A stretch of DNA of 64,000 nucleotides from Rhodosorus marinus CCMP1338 (Eukaryota > Plantae > Rhodophyta): positions 1,240,001 through 1,304,000 of the forward strand of contig JAMWBK010000001.1 of assembly GCA_029953675.1 (NCBI GenBank), read 5' to 3'. Below the pieces are notes generated by a model. It did not search any database. It saw only the letters and a program-made list of their open reading frames with translations, and was not told the origin of the DNA. Shown here in pieces: positions 46,564 through 59,700 of the stretch. Both the position numbers and the translations under genes were made by a program. Numbering within the stretch: the stretch's first letter is position 1; every line of letters begins with the position of its first letter.

Positions 46564-47143
46564 AATAGCTTCTTGTTCTAGCCTTTCACTGGACTTTACT
46601 AGCCTTTCACTAGAACAAGAAGCTTCCAAAAAGAGTTGGTGAGCGGACATATATATTTATATCCATCCGCCTACGCTCGTCCTCTTATCAACACTGTACC
46701 CACTTTCTAGAAAAACACTAAAACCAGCAACCCCGCAACTTTCGAGTACCTGTCCAGCAGAAATTCTCCCGCCCCCGTCTTCACACCTACAGGGCATATG
46801 ATCGTAGACGCATCGCCCGGTACCATTGGCGATTGAGTGTTCTGGCTTTTAACAGTGACTGTGGCAGGTAACCGTGAGCTTTATTGGGCAGTCGCCTAAT
46901 GCGACGTAACACTAAGCCGATTGCTATCTAGGGAATCACTCACAACAACCCCACACCGCCGAATGAGGGGTACGGGGTTATAATCTTCCGTAGATAGTGA
47001 CAAAATGAATGTTGCATTGAAATAAGCAGCTGCCTAATAAAGTCTACAGTTACGTGAGTCTAGGCTTCTTCTTCCCAAACCAACTTCCCCCTACCCTGTC
47101 CCCCTCCAAAACAACAGCAGAAAATCTCGGAGAGGAAGGAAAG

Positions 47144-47933
47144 CAGATTCTATATTAATCCTTCAGCATGTCCAGAGAAGCCTCACCTCCCTCCCTCTCC
47201 CCCAGCCCTCCGCCAGCTGTCGCTCATACAGAAGCCCCCATACCCAAACATTCCAAGTCATCCAAGCCTCTCGCCGTACGCTTTAACGTAACCCCAATCT
47301 GTATTCGATTCGATTCGATTCGAATACAGATTGAAGTATCGATTGAATGGACCGTATTCAGTCAATATATACTTGGCTAATTTATTTCGAAAATGAAAAC
47401 ACAAAATTAGAAAAAATTAGAGCTGGCTTGAACGTTGGATTTGATTGATTACAATCGTTATTTGACAATATTGATTGTTTTTGAGAGAAGAACGAACGAA
47501 TACATCGTTTCGAATACATCGTTTGATGTATTCGTTCGTTCTTCTTTCAAAAGTTTCGAATACATCGTTTGATGTATTCGTTCGTTCTTCTCTCAAAAAC
47601 AATCAATATTGTCAAATAACGATTGTAATCAATCAAATCCAACGTTCAAGCCAGCTCTAATTTTTTCTAATTTTGTGTTTTCATTTTCGAAATAAATTAG
47701 CCAAGTATATATTGACTGAATACGGTCCATTCAATCGATACTTCAATCTGTATTCGAATCGAATCGAATCGAATACAGATTGGGGTTACGTTAAAGCGTA
47801 CGGCGAGAGGCTTGGATGACTTGGAATGTTTGGGTATGGGGGCTTCTGTATGAGCGACAGCTGGCGGAGGGCTGGGGGAGAGGGAGGGAGGTGAGGCTTC
47901 TCTGGACATGCTGAAGGATTAATATAGAATCTG
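47144..47933. repeat. Long inverted repeat: 363-bp arms (47144-47506, 47571-47933), 64-nt spacer, partial third copy at 47934-48069
   Basis: No mismatch found between the arms on reading; identical 70-aa ORFs at 47168+ and 47909- in the ORF track. Confidence 0.97.
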
Positions 47934-48109
47934 TATTCAGTCAATATATACTGGGCTAATTTATTTCGAAAATGAAAACACAAAATTAGAAAAAATTGGA
48001 GCTGGCTTGAACGTTGGATTTGATTGATTACAATCGTTATTTGACAATATTGATTGTTTTTGAGAGAAGAGCGCAAAGCGCACGGATAGTGATGGAGGGT
48101 TAGGCGGTT

Positions 48110-49480
48110 GGGCTGAACCCAAGCGGGAATAGGGTCTTGGAAGCTAGTCCTAATTGGGTTCCCTACGTCAGGGCGGTATAGGCCTCTGTAATCGAGCTGT
48201 TATCCAACCAACAGCTGTGGTCGCTTGGGGCACCGCCCTCCCGACGTTGAACGGTTGGGTGTATCCAGTTTCCGGAATTTGGAGGTCAGTCTTTCCAGTA
48301 ATGATCTACACTCTAGTGTCCCTGAAAGTGCCCGTGGTGTGTTGCTCGAGCTCCAATCGGAGATTTCATTCTGTACCAGTCTCCCCCAGCCGACCTTCAC
48401 CCATGGCTGGCTGGCTGGTGAGCCGTGTTTTCGCGGGCTCGCGGCCCTGCGACCCGCCGGTCCTGTACCTATCGCGCTTGACCCTGTGGTTGCTGAATAA
48501 ACAGATGTCCCTCGCGATCATCCTGATGATGGACCGGGCTCTGGGAGTCGCGTATCCGCACGCACGGATGCGTTGCAAAATACTTTTTCTTGGGACTTGC
48601 ACCGTGCTGAACGGTCTACTTCTAGCGCAGATGGTCTCAGCTCCCCGAGATCGCGCTCGCCCGCGTAGTCTTGAGGGGTGTATTAGCTCTCATTGGCTCA
48701 TAACCGTCCCCGCTTTTCCGCCACTCACACTCACAGATTTCGAAGTGCGCACTTCTCTGCGCTTAAACCTCGGCTTACATCAGCCGCCCCGGCCTTCCGA
48801 GATGGGTCACCCTGCCCTATACGCTCTCGGAACGAAGATACAGCGGATTTTGGCCCCCACCTGCTCGCCAGCTGCCCCGCTGTGAAAGGAGCCCGAACCC
48901 GATGACATACGCAGATCCTTAACCTGCTAGACCGCGAACTACAACGGCCTACCTACGGCAAGCCAATGTTGAAATTGAACGGGAGAAGCCCCTGCCTGTC
49001 GCAGACTACCAAAATAAGTAAGTCCGCGTGGCTAGCGTCTTGGTCACCTGTGACGATAGCCGCCGTACGACATACGTTGATCTTGCTTGTCATTGTTCAG
49101 AATCCTCAGGCTCGTCGTTATTTGCCGGCTGCGGGAGAGCGCCGTGGATTTGCCACTGCCAATAAGACGTCGCGAAGAGTTGAAATATGGGGGTGGCTTT
49201 GTCTACCCCAGGCATACGTGCTTTGGCTCTAGCTCATCGCCTGGTACCTCTGGTCGTTGAGTGTTTTGCGTTTCTGGATTCCGTTGACTGTCGTTAGCTT
49301 CGGGAAGTGTTTCGCGAACGCCTTGACCGTCTGCTCTAGCTGTTTACCCGTTTAAGTTTCTTGCTGTGGCGTATGAATGCTGCTTTGATGTAAGAGGCGC
49401 ACGATCTTCGCCGCGCTTAGTCTTTTTTTTCCCCTCGGGGTTTTTCCTTCAGTCTCCGATTAAACAAATTCCTTCATTGA
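48110..49480 (+). mobile_element. Longer, degenerate family B copy
   Basis: LRQGGIGL (post-RT motif), AQMVSAPRDRARPRSL, TVPAFPPLTLTDFEVRTSLRL; B 3' UTR at about 49410-49470; many frameshifts. Confidence 0.88.
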
Positions 49481-49536
49481 ATGAATTCGTTTTAATCTGA
49501 GACTGGGTTACACAACTCATACAATGGAGACTGGAG

Positions 49537-50044
49537 GTGACGCTGGAACCGAGCGGACACTATCCAGGCAGCCACCTTCGACTGGACAGAATAGCACGCC
49601 ACCCTCGGACCAGGAAGCTGTACGTGATCGACGTAAAAGTGACCCGGCCGTTGCAAAAGACCTACCTACACAAAGCTTCCTGGGAGACAGGGTACGCTTC
49701 ACGCAAGGCCGAGAAGTTTAAACAGTCCAACCACCGGGATGCGACCGGGGCTCATAAGGACGACATTTTCGTGCCCTCCTGCGTGGAGACGTTCGCGAGG
49801 ATGGGTAAAGCAAGCTGATGAGTTCTTAAAAGAGGTGACTCTGCACTTGCAGCACCCAGCGACACAAGTCAGCGAAGCACGCGCGAAACTCAACTATTCT
49901 TTACGGAAAGCGAATGCACAACTTGCCACGCAGGCGCGCCGAATTGACGAAGGGAGCTATCAGATCGTCCCTCTAGTAGAACGTAGCCGCACAACCCAGC
50001 AGGTTTTTATTAACGGCATAGATTCATGCCTTATTTCCTCCTGA
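49537..50044 (+). mobile_element. D-related RLE remnant
   Basis: YVIDVKVTRPL...TGYASRKAEKFK...RDATGAHKDDIFVPSCVETFARMGKAS.EFLKEVTLHL aligns with family D. Confidence 0.7.
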
Positions 50045-50074
50045 CCGGCTCTAATAGGGAGTCCATTAGTCTTG

Positions 50075-50545
50075 AATTGAACGTGAGAAGCCCCTGCCTG
50101 TCGCAGACTACGAGAATGATGAACGCCGCGTGGCTGACCTCGTGGTCACCTGTGACGTAGCCGTACGACGTACGTTGACAATGCTGTTCCTAATCCTCAG
50201 GCTTGTCGCTATTTGCCGCTGCCAACATGAGACGTCGCAAAGAGTTGAAATATGCGGAGGCCTTGTCTTCCCCAGGCATTCGTGCTTGGGCTTTAGCTCA
50301 TCGGCTAGTACCTCTGGTCATTGAGTGCCTTGGGTTTTTGGATTCCGTTGGTTCTCGTTAGTTTCGGGAAGTGTTCCGCGAACGCTCTGACCGTCTGTCC
50401 TCGTGTCTACCCGTTTAAGTTTCTTGCTGTGGCGTATGAACGCTGCTTTGACGTAAGAGGCGCACGATCTTCGACGCGCTTAGGCTTTTTTTTCCTCTCG
50501 GCTTTTTTTTCTTTCAGCCTCCGATGTAACCAATTCATTCAATAG
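50075..50545 (+). mobile_element. Family B 3' remnant
   Basis: GAGAAGCCCCTGCCTGTCGCAGAC...GCTGACCTCGTGGTCACCTGTGAC... ends with a CAATTCATTCAAT tail. Confidence 0.85.
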
Positions 50546-50754
50546 GGAGTCCCTTAGCGAAAGCTTTCCCGGTTTCAGGGCGACCAGCTGTGGCGACTAC
50601 AACGATTCGATTAGATCTATTCCGGTCCATCAATAGAAATTTGTTTTACCTAAAAGACAAAAAAAAACCGAGTGTCGCAGGACCGGAATTCCGGCCTCAT
50701 CGTAAAATTAAGTAGACATAAAAACAGTATTTCCAACGGAGTAACGGCGGATGA

Positions 50755-50820
50755 TAGCGTTCAACTGATAATCATCATATACACGTTATCGTGTATATGA
50801 TGATTATCAGTTGAACGCTA
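50755..50820. repeat. Perfect 31-bp inverted repeat with 4-nt loop
   Basis: TAGCGTTCAACTGATAATCATCATATACACG-TTAT-CGTGTATATGATGATTATCAGTTGAACGCTA. Confidence 0.97.
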
Positions 50821-51118
50821 ACGGTTTTTGCGTCATATCTTCCACGTTTAAGGACTATGAACGTCATATTTGTTTTTGATTTAGAGTTTTATGTGTATTA
50901 TGAAAATATATATGATCATATTGTAGAGATTTTTCTTAGATGTAGATTGTGTTTGTCCATGAGAGTAGCTGCTGTTTTGGTACTTAAATTGGATTCGGGT
51001 GGGGAGCGTGGAGGGTTGGAGTGGGGAAGGGAGGGGAGGCTGTGTGAAGGAGCTTGAAATTGGATGCCGGTGTTGTGGATGTGTGTGAGGATTTTTGGCC
51101 CTCGGAGGAGAGAACGGG

Positions 51119-52054
51119 ATGGGTTGGACTGCAGATGAAATACCGGACCTTAGCGGGAAGGTTGCGATTGTGACTGGTGCGAATACTGGGCTCGGGAAGG
51201 AAATCGCGACCCGTCTTGCGGAGCACGATGCGACTACTGTGATGGCGTGTCGGACGGCGGCGAAGGCGGAGGCGGCGAAGAAGGAGATCCTGGCGGAGAT
51301 CGGAGAGAGGAAGCGGTTGGAGGTGATGGCGCTGGACGTGTCGTCATTGGAGTCGGTGAGGAGCTTTGCGGTAGAGTTTTCGTCAAAGTACAAGCGACTG
51401 GATATTCTGATGGAGAACGCGGGGGTAATGGCGCTGGATCCAAAGCAGGAGAGCGTAGACGGATTCGAGATGCAGTTCGCGACAAACCACATCGGACACT
51501 TTCTGCTAACAAAGATGCTAATGCCTCTGCTGGAGAAGACGGAGGGAAGCCGTGTGGTGACCCACAGCAGTGCCGCAAACTTTAGCGGGAAGTTCCAGTG
51601 GGACGACATCCAGGGCGAGAAGAGCTACAAACCCTGGGACCAGTACTCTATGACCAAACTCGCCAACATATGCTTCGCCAACGAGTTGAACAAACGAGTC
51701 CAAACGGCCGGTAAAGGCTTCCCCACTACCTACTCCGTCCACCCCGGAGGTGTCAGAACTCAGCTCCTGGACAACGCCGTGCAAGACTTTCGGGCCAAAA
51801 CTTTCGACTTCTTTAGTTCTTATGCCTTTGGAACTTTCGAGACGGGATCAAGGCCAGCTCTGTTCGCGTGTGCTGCACCCGAGGCAGAGCCAGGAGCGTT
51901 CTATGGGCCCACCGGCCCGATCCCGATGCTCAGCTTGATGAACGGCAGCTACCCGGGCAAAATAGCGCCAAACAAGCTTGCGCTCGACAGCGAGGAGTGC
52001 AAGAAGCTATGGGAACTGTCTGAGGAGCTCATCGAGGAAAAATTTGATATCTAA
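51119..52054 (+). CDS. Short-chain dehydrogenase/reductase, retinol dehydrogenase/WWOX-like classical SDR (311 aa from ATG 51119)
   Basis: WTADEIPDLSGKVAIVTGANTGLG (TGxxxGxG), LDILMENAG, QFATNHIGHFLLT, VVTHSS, YSMTKLAN (YxxxK), VHPGGVRT. Confidence 0.93.
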   Translation: MGWTADEIPDLSGKVAIVTGANTGLGKEIATRLAEHDATTVMACRTAAKAEAAKKEILAEIGERKRLEVMALDVSSLESVRSFAVEFSSKYKRLDILMENAGVMALDPKQESVDGFEMQFATNHIGHFLLTKMLMPLLEKTEGSRVVTHSSAANFSGKFQWDDIQGEKSYKPWDQYSMTKLANICFANELNKRVQTAGKGFPTTYSVHPGGVRTQLLDNAVQDFRAKTFDFFSSYAFGTFETGSRPALFACAAPEAEPGAFYGPTGPIPMLSLMNGSYPGKIAPNKLALDSEECKKLWELSEELIEEKFDI

Positions 52055-53309
52055 AGTGGAACTACGCGACGGCGATCATCGCTCTCGGCTCAATCTGCTC
52101 TATCTGAATTGCGAACTGGGACTCTGCTTGAAGAATATGTTCCGATGACGGGCAAGCACGGGAGGAAGAGGTCGGAAGGTTCCAACGCCCTACGCAAGAC
52201 AATTAAGTAAAACTCGCCGCCAGGCGTCGGTCACCGATCTCGTTCGTCTGAAGCGCCGTGACTGAGCGCAGTCGACGGGACCATACCCTCTGTAAAGGAG
52301 GAGGAGAAGCCAACTCGCTTCCTCACCAAAAATACGACTCATCCAGAAACCCGTTGGATGCGGGCCTGCATACTCTCCATTTTTACTCAAAAACTCGTCC
52401 ATCCCGACGTCTTTGGTCATTCACACTTTTTCCCATCAACTAAAACTGAATAGCTATCGATTCTGTGTATCGAGCACAGTATTATTGAGTAAATGCTGGT
52501 CATAGAATGATGGGTGCACGAGCACAAGTCCACTCATCACTATCCTGAAAGGACAGCCTGTCAACCTCCACACCGTCTCTCCTTAAGCAACGTATTGTGC
52601 TGACAGTATGTCGCGACATATTGTCGAAAGTTTTGTCGTAGTCCTGTAGCAATGTCGTGCCTAGGTGTCGGTGATAAGTTGTTTAGTAAGACCACCAACG
52701 ATTTATAGATTGATTACTGCAATGAGGACTGATGATGGCCTTTAACTGATGGACTTGAAGCGGTGATCGTCATTGTTTGAATCTCTACTGGATCGAGGCC
52801 AATAGGAGGCAGTAACACAGATCAAGCCCCCGTGGTTGGCCATGATCTAAATGCTCCGTATGATGGATGAACACCTTGAGTATCTCCAGCTACTATGACT
52901 TTAGGGGTCACCTTAGAAGCTTCACATTGGTTTTTGTAAACGGATCTCCTACAATCTGAACGATTTCCATGATGAGCTAAGCCTCCCAGCTTGATCTTGC
53001 TGTGCTAGCGATGCCACACCACTATATAAACTTTATATAACATATACTCAAAGGTCTCCGGCTTGGACTCGGGACGTTTGAAAGAAAGCGAGAGAGTCAA
53101 CGGCCATATAGAAGCAGACTAACATAGTTTATGAGACCACGCGCTTATTCATGTCGAATGACTGTGGTGTGCCTATGGACACTGACGATGGTGGTGCTGC
53201 GGCTCCGTCCTCCCCGGCAATCATCAATCAACAAGAAGATGAAGAAAAACTCCTTGCACCAACTTGCGGATGTAGCGATAGGGATGCAGCTACATCCGGA
53301 AGAAAAGCA

Positions 53310-53790
53310 CGATAGGCTATGCTAAGGAGACCCCAGAGCGGGGTACAATACTACATTCTATGGGAAAGTGTTCGAACATATTCATCTTTACGCGTGGCAC
53401 GGATCGCCCAGCGACCGGTACCACGCCAGAGTTCTCGACTCAGATCCACTCGGACGAGAGTGCGCGCGTCCGCGTTGCTTTCGAGATGTTCAGTAGCTTC
53501 TTTGAGGAAGTTTTTTGCGGCTTGACCAAGTCTTCCAAACCCTCCCATGGCGACAGTACAAATTGGGAGTCATTGTGAGCGCCGTTGGCATCACGATATT
53601 TGGCTCGTTTCCGTGCTTCAGAGTTAGCTGCAGCATAGCCGGTTTGATAGGCACCACGAGCAACTAGATGGGCTCTTAGCGGGGACTCTACCTTGACATC
53701 AAGAACATTCTGCTTACCAGTACGATGATGACGAACAAGAACGTATGGTCGAAGCCGGCGACCATCAAAAAAGTTGGAGGGCTTAACTTG
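53310..53790 (-). mobile_element. Family D RLE remnant
   Basis: RLRPYVLVRHHRTGKQNVLDVKVESPLRAHL...TGYAAANSEARKRAKYRDA...GGFGRLGQAAKNFLKEATEHL. Confidence 0.75.
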
Positions 53791-55749
53791 AACCTGATAA
53801 AGGTGCCACCGCCGTAGGTGTCGCGCAAGTTCATCGCGACTCTTGGTAGGTCAGTCTCTCAGCTTTATGGATTCCGTTTGCTCCCGTTGGCTCCCGCTGG
53901 CTCCCGTTGGCTTCGCGAATTGTTCCGCGAGCGCGGACGGCTCTCGTCGTCTACCCGGATTGAGTTTTCTGATGTACGTACGAACGGTGCTTTGAATGGG
54001 GGGAGGGGGAAGGGGTGCGCTTGCAGACGCACTGTCGTCTCTTGCTTCTTCCTCTTCAACGTCACTGCCTATGGTTGCCGCTGATGTCACCATGGACTTT
54101 GTCCTGCTTGCACGGCAAAACCAGCAAGAAAAGATCTGTTGTTTGAATTTCAAGTTCCGTTTTCGTCTCAAAAAAAAGGGGCCAAATATGTGCCATCGTA
54201 GAAACTCCAGTCTCCAACTTCCGTCTCAAAGTAGAAACTAGTTCCGTCGGGTTTTATCTGGGCGATCTATACTAAAATTACGATTTTTGGATATATATTG
54301 TGCTAAAACTGAGACATAGCTAACTTTTAAATTACTTTAATTCACATTTTGCTCTGATTCTGGGACAGTCGATTGTTCTTGTTTTGTCCATAGCTTCAAG
54401 TCCCATCTATTCTTTTTAATAAGGGTTGTTGTCATAAAATGTCCGAGAAAACAACGAGCCTCTGCTGTATATTGAATAAACTAAGAAAATTCATTCGCGT
54501 GCAGTGGAAACTCTTTGAAAACACATGTCTGATCGCGCCTATATCGGACAGGCTTTTCTTCCAATATATGGGATATTTATTCTTCTATTCGATATTATTC
54601 GTACTAGTATCTGTACTAAGATTTGTTATCGGACGAAACATGACATATTAATCCCACCTGTCGTTTGATATCGTTTTTCAAGAAATATGCTCCCTATTCC
54701 AAGGGAGAGACACGTGGGCAGATCATAAAGGTAAATACCATAAGTATTTTTAAACTAATTAGACCAATGAATTCCTCTTACACAATCGTTCTTGAAACTG
54801 ATTGGATATGGAGAAATTGTGCACCAATAATTTTGATAAGTCTTCTGTAATTTGTCTTTTTGGGGGGGGGGGATTTGTGCTGTCAAATACGCCGAGTTCT
54901 ATAGCCTTTTTTTCCAATAAACTCATATTTCTACTATGCTTTTCGAGCGTCATTGAAAAGTAATTCACTATTCAAAATAATTCTCATTGTTTTTGTTTAG
55001 ATTTTATTGTTGTGGATTGTTAAATAATGTCAAAATGAGAATTTGATGTGGGATTCTAGTCCCCGCGATTCCCCCCCTCCCCTCCCCGGGTTTCCCACAC
55101 CACCCGACTTGCTGCACGGAGCTGGTTCTCCAGGTACTTGAAAGGTATCGATCGTTTGTACATTTGGTCTCTGCTTCAGCGTTCTCGCTTCGTGGCCTAT
55201 TTCATAGCGACCTAGCTCATCTTGTTGGTACCCCAATTTCACCCCAACGGAGTGACTCTCTTCGCATTCAAGCACTGTTTTGTTGTTGGATGTATGCGTG
55301 ATATCATCGTCCTTCCTGCTTCTGAGAGTAGTTACAATGGGGTAGGTCATAAAACACCGTTTTCAACCTTTTTTGTTGTTTCTCTTAGGCAAATGAGCCG
55401 TGTGGTCCCCATCGGCCGACCACATTCCTTGTCAGCGATAACTGGTCGACAGAGCAGGTGAAAGAGTTACTTCGGAGATAAGCGAGTGGGGAGGTAAACC
55501 TTGTTCGTGGAGGGTTTTTTTTTTTTTTTGGCTCACATGCGGTCCGTTTACGGCTTCTCCTTCTCTACTGCTCAATGTGGGTGGCCTCCAGCTTCAAAGT
55601 ACGTACTCGTTGAGCAAAAAAGACATGTTGAAATGGCCAGTCAATATTCGCAAGGAGCATTTTTTGAAAAAACAATGTCGGTGTGGCATTCGTCCGCACG
55701 ACATTAGCAGCGACCAGGAGAATTTCTCTCACCCTAATCGAATATTTTT

Positions 55750-56036
55750 ATAGGTCTTCCCCAGGCATTGGCGCTTCGGCTCTAGCTCATCGCCTGGTAC
55801 CTCTGGTCACGTTGAGTGCTTTGGGTTTATGGATTCCGCCGGTTCTCTTTGGCTTCGGCAAGTGTTCCGCGAACGCTCCTGACCGTCTTTCCTCAGTGTT
55901 CACCCGTTTAAGTTTCTTGCTGTGGCGTATGAACGCTGCTTTGATGTTGGAGGCGCGCGATCTTCTCCGCGCTTAGTTTTCTTTTCCCCTCGGGGTTGTT
56001 TTCTTTCAGTCTCCGATTAAACCAATTCATTCATTC
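55750..56036 (+). mobile_element. Family B 3' fragment with 14-bp TSD
   Basis: TSD AATCGAATATTTTT at 55736-55749 and 56037-56050; (TTCA)n tail. Confidence 0.9.
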
Positions 56037-56754
56037 AATCGAATATTTTTTTTAGGATCCTACTTTTCGACGGCACCTCCGCGGCCAAAGAGTTTGTCAA
56101 TGCTCCCAAAGAACAATGGCCTATCGGGCTCTTCTCTGGTGGCCGGGATCGAAAAAAAAAGAAAAGGGATCAAAACATGATTTTCCGAGTCGTTATCCTG
56201 GCCAATGAGTGTCGATGGTGTTGCGAACATTGGCGTCATCACGAAGGAAATCCTCGATTTGGATGGAATTGTGCTGGCCAGCGGTCGAGGCTCAACGTTT
56301 CTTTTAGGTACATCGGCCTTGGGGAAGGGAGAGTTGAAAGAGGTGTGTTTTGGAGGAGCAGCTGAATGTGAGTGTTTAGTGACTGTTTGAGAGGGTAAAG
56401 AGTTTGGGGTGGTTGGGAGGCAAGGCGTGGAGAGGTTTGGACGGGTTTGTAGTAACGAGGGAGGATGACGGTACAATTTTTTGGACTAACTTTTTTTGAT
56501 TTGTTCCTTTAGATTTCCGCTTCGACCGGCCAGGCTTTTTTCGATTGGACCCTTTTTTTTACGATCTAACGAATCGTTTTTGAAGCCGTCGATTTATCTT
56601 CGCAAGGCTGTAGCACTTTTTGGGACATAGAGCCTGTTAAAGCAATTGGGAAGGTGTCGAGAAATAGGCTGGTCTTGATGATAAAAGTTGCGGTTATCCG
56701 CGGGAGGGGGGGGTGGAGGGAGGGGTAAAGCAAGCGAATAAATTAGAAACCCAA

Positions 56755-59700
56755 ATGAGGGGCGGAGTCGTGGCATTGGCGGTGATTGCGCTGACCTTTC
56801 AGCAGGTGGTGGTCGGCGTAGCGCTTACGAAGGTTGATTTTGAAGATGCCCCAGTCGTGGAGGATATTGATGGTCTTCCGACCAGTTTCGCTTTTCTGCC
56901 TCGAGGTCAGACTGACCGCATTCTGGTGACAGACTATAGAGGCATGGTCCAAGTTGTAGTGAAGGGAGCGGTACAGGAGAAATTGTTCCTAGACGAGAGG
57001 GTTTCCCAGGCGGATCTGGACGGTTGGACGGGCTACCCCAAAGTCTGGGATAGAGGCCTGGCGCCGGAGTATCGTTCCGTTGCCGTGGATTCCGATTTTG
57101 ACAATCATCCTTTCGTGTACCTCTCGTACATCCATTACGTTGAAAGAGTGCGAAGAACTCCTCCCCAAGGGTTCGTGGTTCGATACCGGGTAAGCGACGA
57201 CCTCTCGGAGGTGATCCGTAGCTCGAAGACGGTGGTGCTCGGAGGATACGTGAACGGAAATTGCACACAAGTTAGCACAAGTGAGGATAACATTTGCATT
57301 ACTTATGCCGGGCATAGCATGGGAGGATTGCTCGTGGACCCCGAGGGCAGATTGTGGATAGGGATAGGAGATGCTGCGGTTCCGGACGACTCTGACAAAC
57401 CCAGTGTAATGCAATGTCAGGACGTTGACAGCCTGTACGGGAAGCTCCTGAGGGTAGATCGGGATGGAAAAGGTCTACCAGCCAACCCGTTTTACAACGG
57501 CGATCCGGACGCTAACCGATCAAAGGTGATGGCTTTGGGCCTGCGAAACCCATGGAATACTCACTGGGACGCCGAGTTGGGGACTCCATGGCAGAGTGAT
57601 GTTGGCCAAGTAACCCGAGAGGAGTTCAATCTGATTGAACCAGGTGCGAACTACGGGTGGCCATGCATGGAGGCAGAGCTTGATCGATTTCAGTTCGGCA
57701 TCTTCGACGAGTGCGCGGACATGTTCAATGAAGTTCCACCATCCTCCGGGGCTTCGTATGTGGGCACGATAGTTGGTCCGAAATTAAGCTACTCCCGCGA
57801 GGAGGGTACTGTGATAACTTCCGCGCTGAGGGTGAAAATCGAGGGTTGGCCTGATGCTTTCAACAACGGCGTGTATTACAGTGACTATTCCGGAAACTGG
57901 ATACGCTATGTCAAGGTAGACGACGTTGGTAATGTGGTTTCGGCCCCTCTCGAGTTTGCCACTGAAATTCCCGGACCGATCAGCATTCAAACGGGGAGCG
58001 ACGGGTGTCTGTACTACCTAGCTCTCGGTTCCAGTCAGATAGGTCGGATCTGCTACAGGGAGAATAATTCACGGCCAGAGGTGGTTGGGATCGTACCGCC
58101 GGATGGGTTCATGCGCGCTTCTAGGTCGACCTTGGTTGAGGTGGCTGTAAGCAAGAAGGTGACAGCGGAATCGGCACAAGGAGCTATAGTTGTGGCAGAT
58201 ACTACGTCGGGGGATGTTGTTGCAGGGTATGTGGAGCAGGATGAGGTCAGGAACGTTCTTACCTTTGTTCCAGACGAGCTCCTGAAGGAGGACGCGGAGT
58301 ACACCGTGACCGTTTCCGGGTTGACCGACTTGAAAAATCTCTCCATGACGGACGAGGTGGCAAGTACCTTTTTAACGGGCAGAGGGTTCATCCAGTATGT
58401 CTCCGACCTTGCCCTTGCTGTGGACCCCACGCCTGACTCGCTGGTTCGTGACACAGCGATTGATGGCGTGACTCCCATACTGATTCGCGGCAGGCGATTC
58501 AGGAAGGGCTTGAGTTTTGTCCCCGTTGTGCAAGTGGAGGTTCAAGTCCCCGTTGACTGCACGTCGATTGAAGGGTACTATGGGTTGGATGACACAAACT
58601 TTTGGATTTTTGCCGGCGCTGTCGTATTTACGGTCGCCGCGGACGGCACCGTTGTTTACGACTCGACAGCGGATGGTCTCGGATTTGCCAGTAGAAAGAT
58701 CGACCCCGCGTTCTTCTTCAAGCTGGATGTCGAAAGTGGGAGCATCTTGACTCTCAAGGGTGACTTTGGAGATGGCAACACAAAGGAACGCAACAATCAT
58801 GGTGTGTGGGCCGATGTCAGGTTCCGCTGCGGCAACATAGACTCTAGGGCACCAACGGTCGAGTCGTTCGAGCCAGCCGACGGCGCAACTACATCGATCG
58901 ATCTGGTGATTCGCATCACATTCGACGAGGTCATGAACTACAACACGGTCATTCAGGCGGTGAACATTGCGTCGGCGGATGGGCGTCGCATCCCGTGGCT
59001 TCCAGTTGAGAGCGCCGAGCCCCGACAGTTCGCGCTCGAGTTGGAGGATTTGGGTTTTGATACGACGTACGTGGTCAGCGTATCGAAGACGGCTGTGGAC
59101 GTTTCTGGAAATCGATTGGAGGAAGACGTGCAGTGGTCATTTATCACCGAGCTACCGCCAGCAAGTGGGGAGAAGCTCCAAATCGTGGGAGACTTGATCC
59201 CCAAGCACTCAAGAGGAGGTGCCTCGTTCGATGGATTTCCGAGGAGGCTTAGCCCAGGAGTGAAAATATACAAGAATGGTCTTGGCATGCAGTCAAACGC
59301 CAAGGTCAGCTACGACCTGGGTGGTCTTGCTTGTACTCGGCTCAAAGGGCTCACGGGCAAGGATGCAGCTGCAGGAGGCGATTCTGGTGCTTGCCGGCTG
59401 CGGGTTCTCAGCGGGGCAAGTCAGGAAGCATCGCGGGTGCGTTTGGATCGGTACCCTCGCGCAGCTCAGCGGTCGCGGGGGCTAAATGTTGGGCTAGGAG
59501 GGGATAGCTATCTCGAGATTAAGCTTTCCGCGGGGGGGGATGGCGGCCGGGCTAAGGACCTTTGCGACATCGCCCGAGCTAGGGTAGAGTGTGATGGGGT
59601 TGATATCTACTTAACGAAGTTTACGCCGCTATCTGAACAGGGGGTGGTTGAACGGAACAGGAGTGCAGTGCGGTTGCCGCTGCAGCTGCTCAGGTCCTCA

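Noticed and set aside
47168-47380. Identical 70-aa ORFs in the palindrome arms as genes
   Set aside because: Short, low-complexity, no coding signature; their identity only reflects the inverted repeat.
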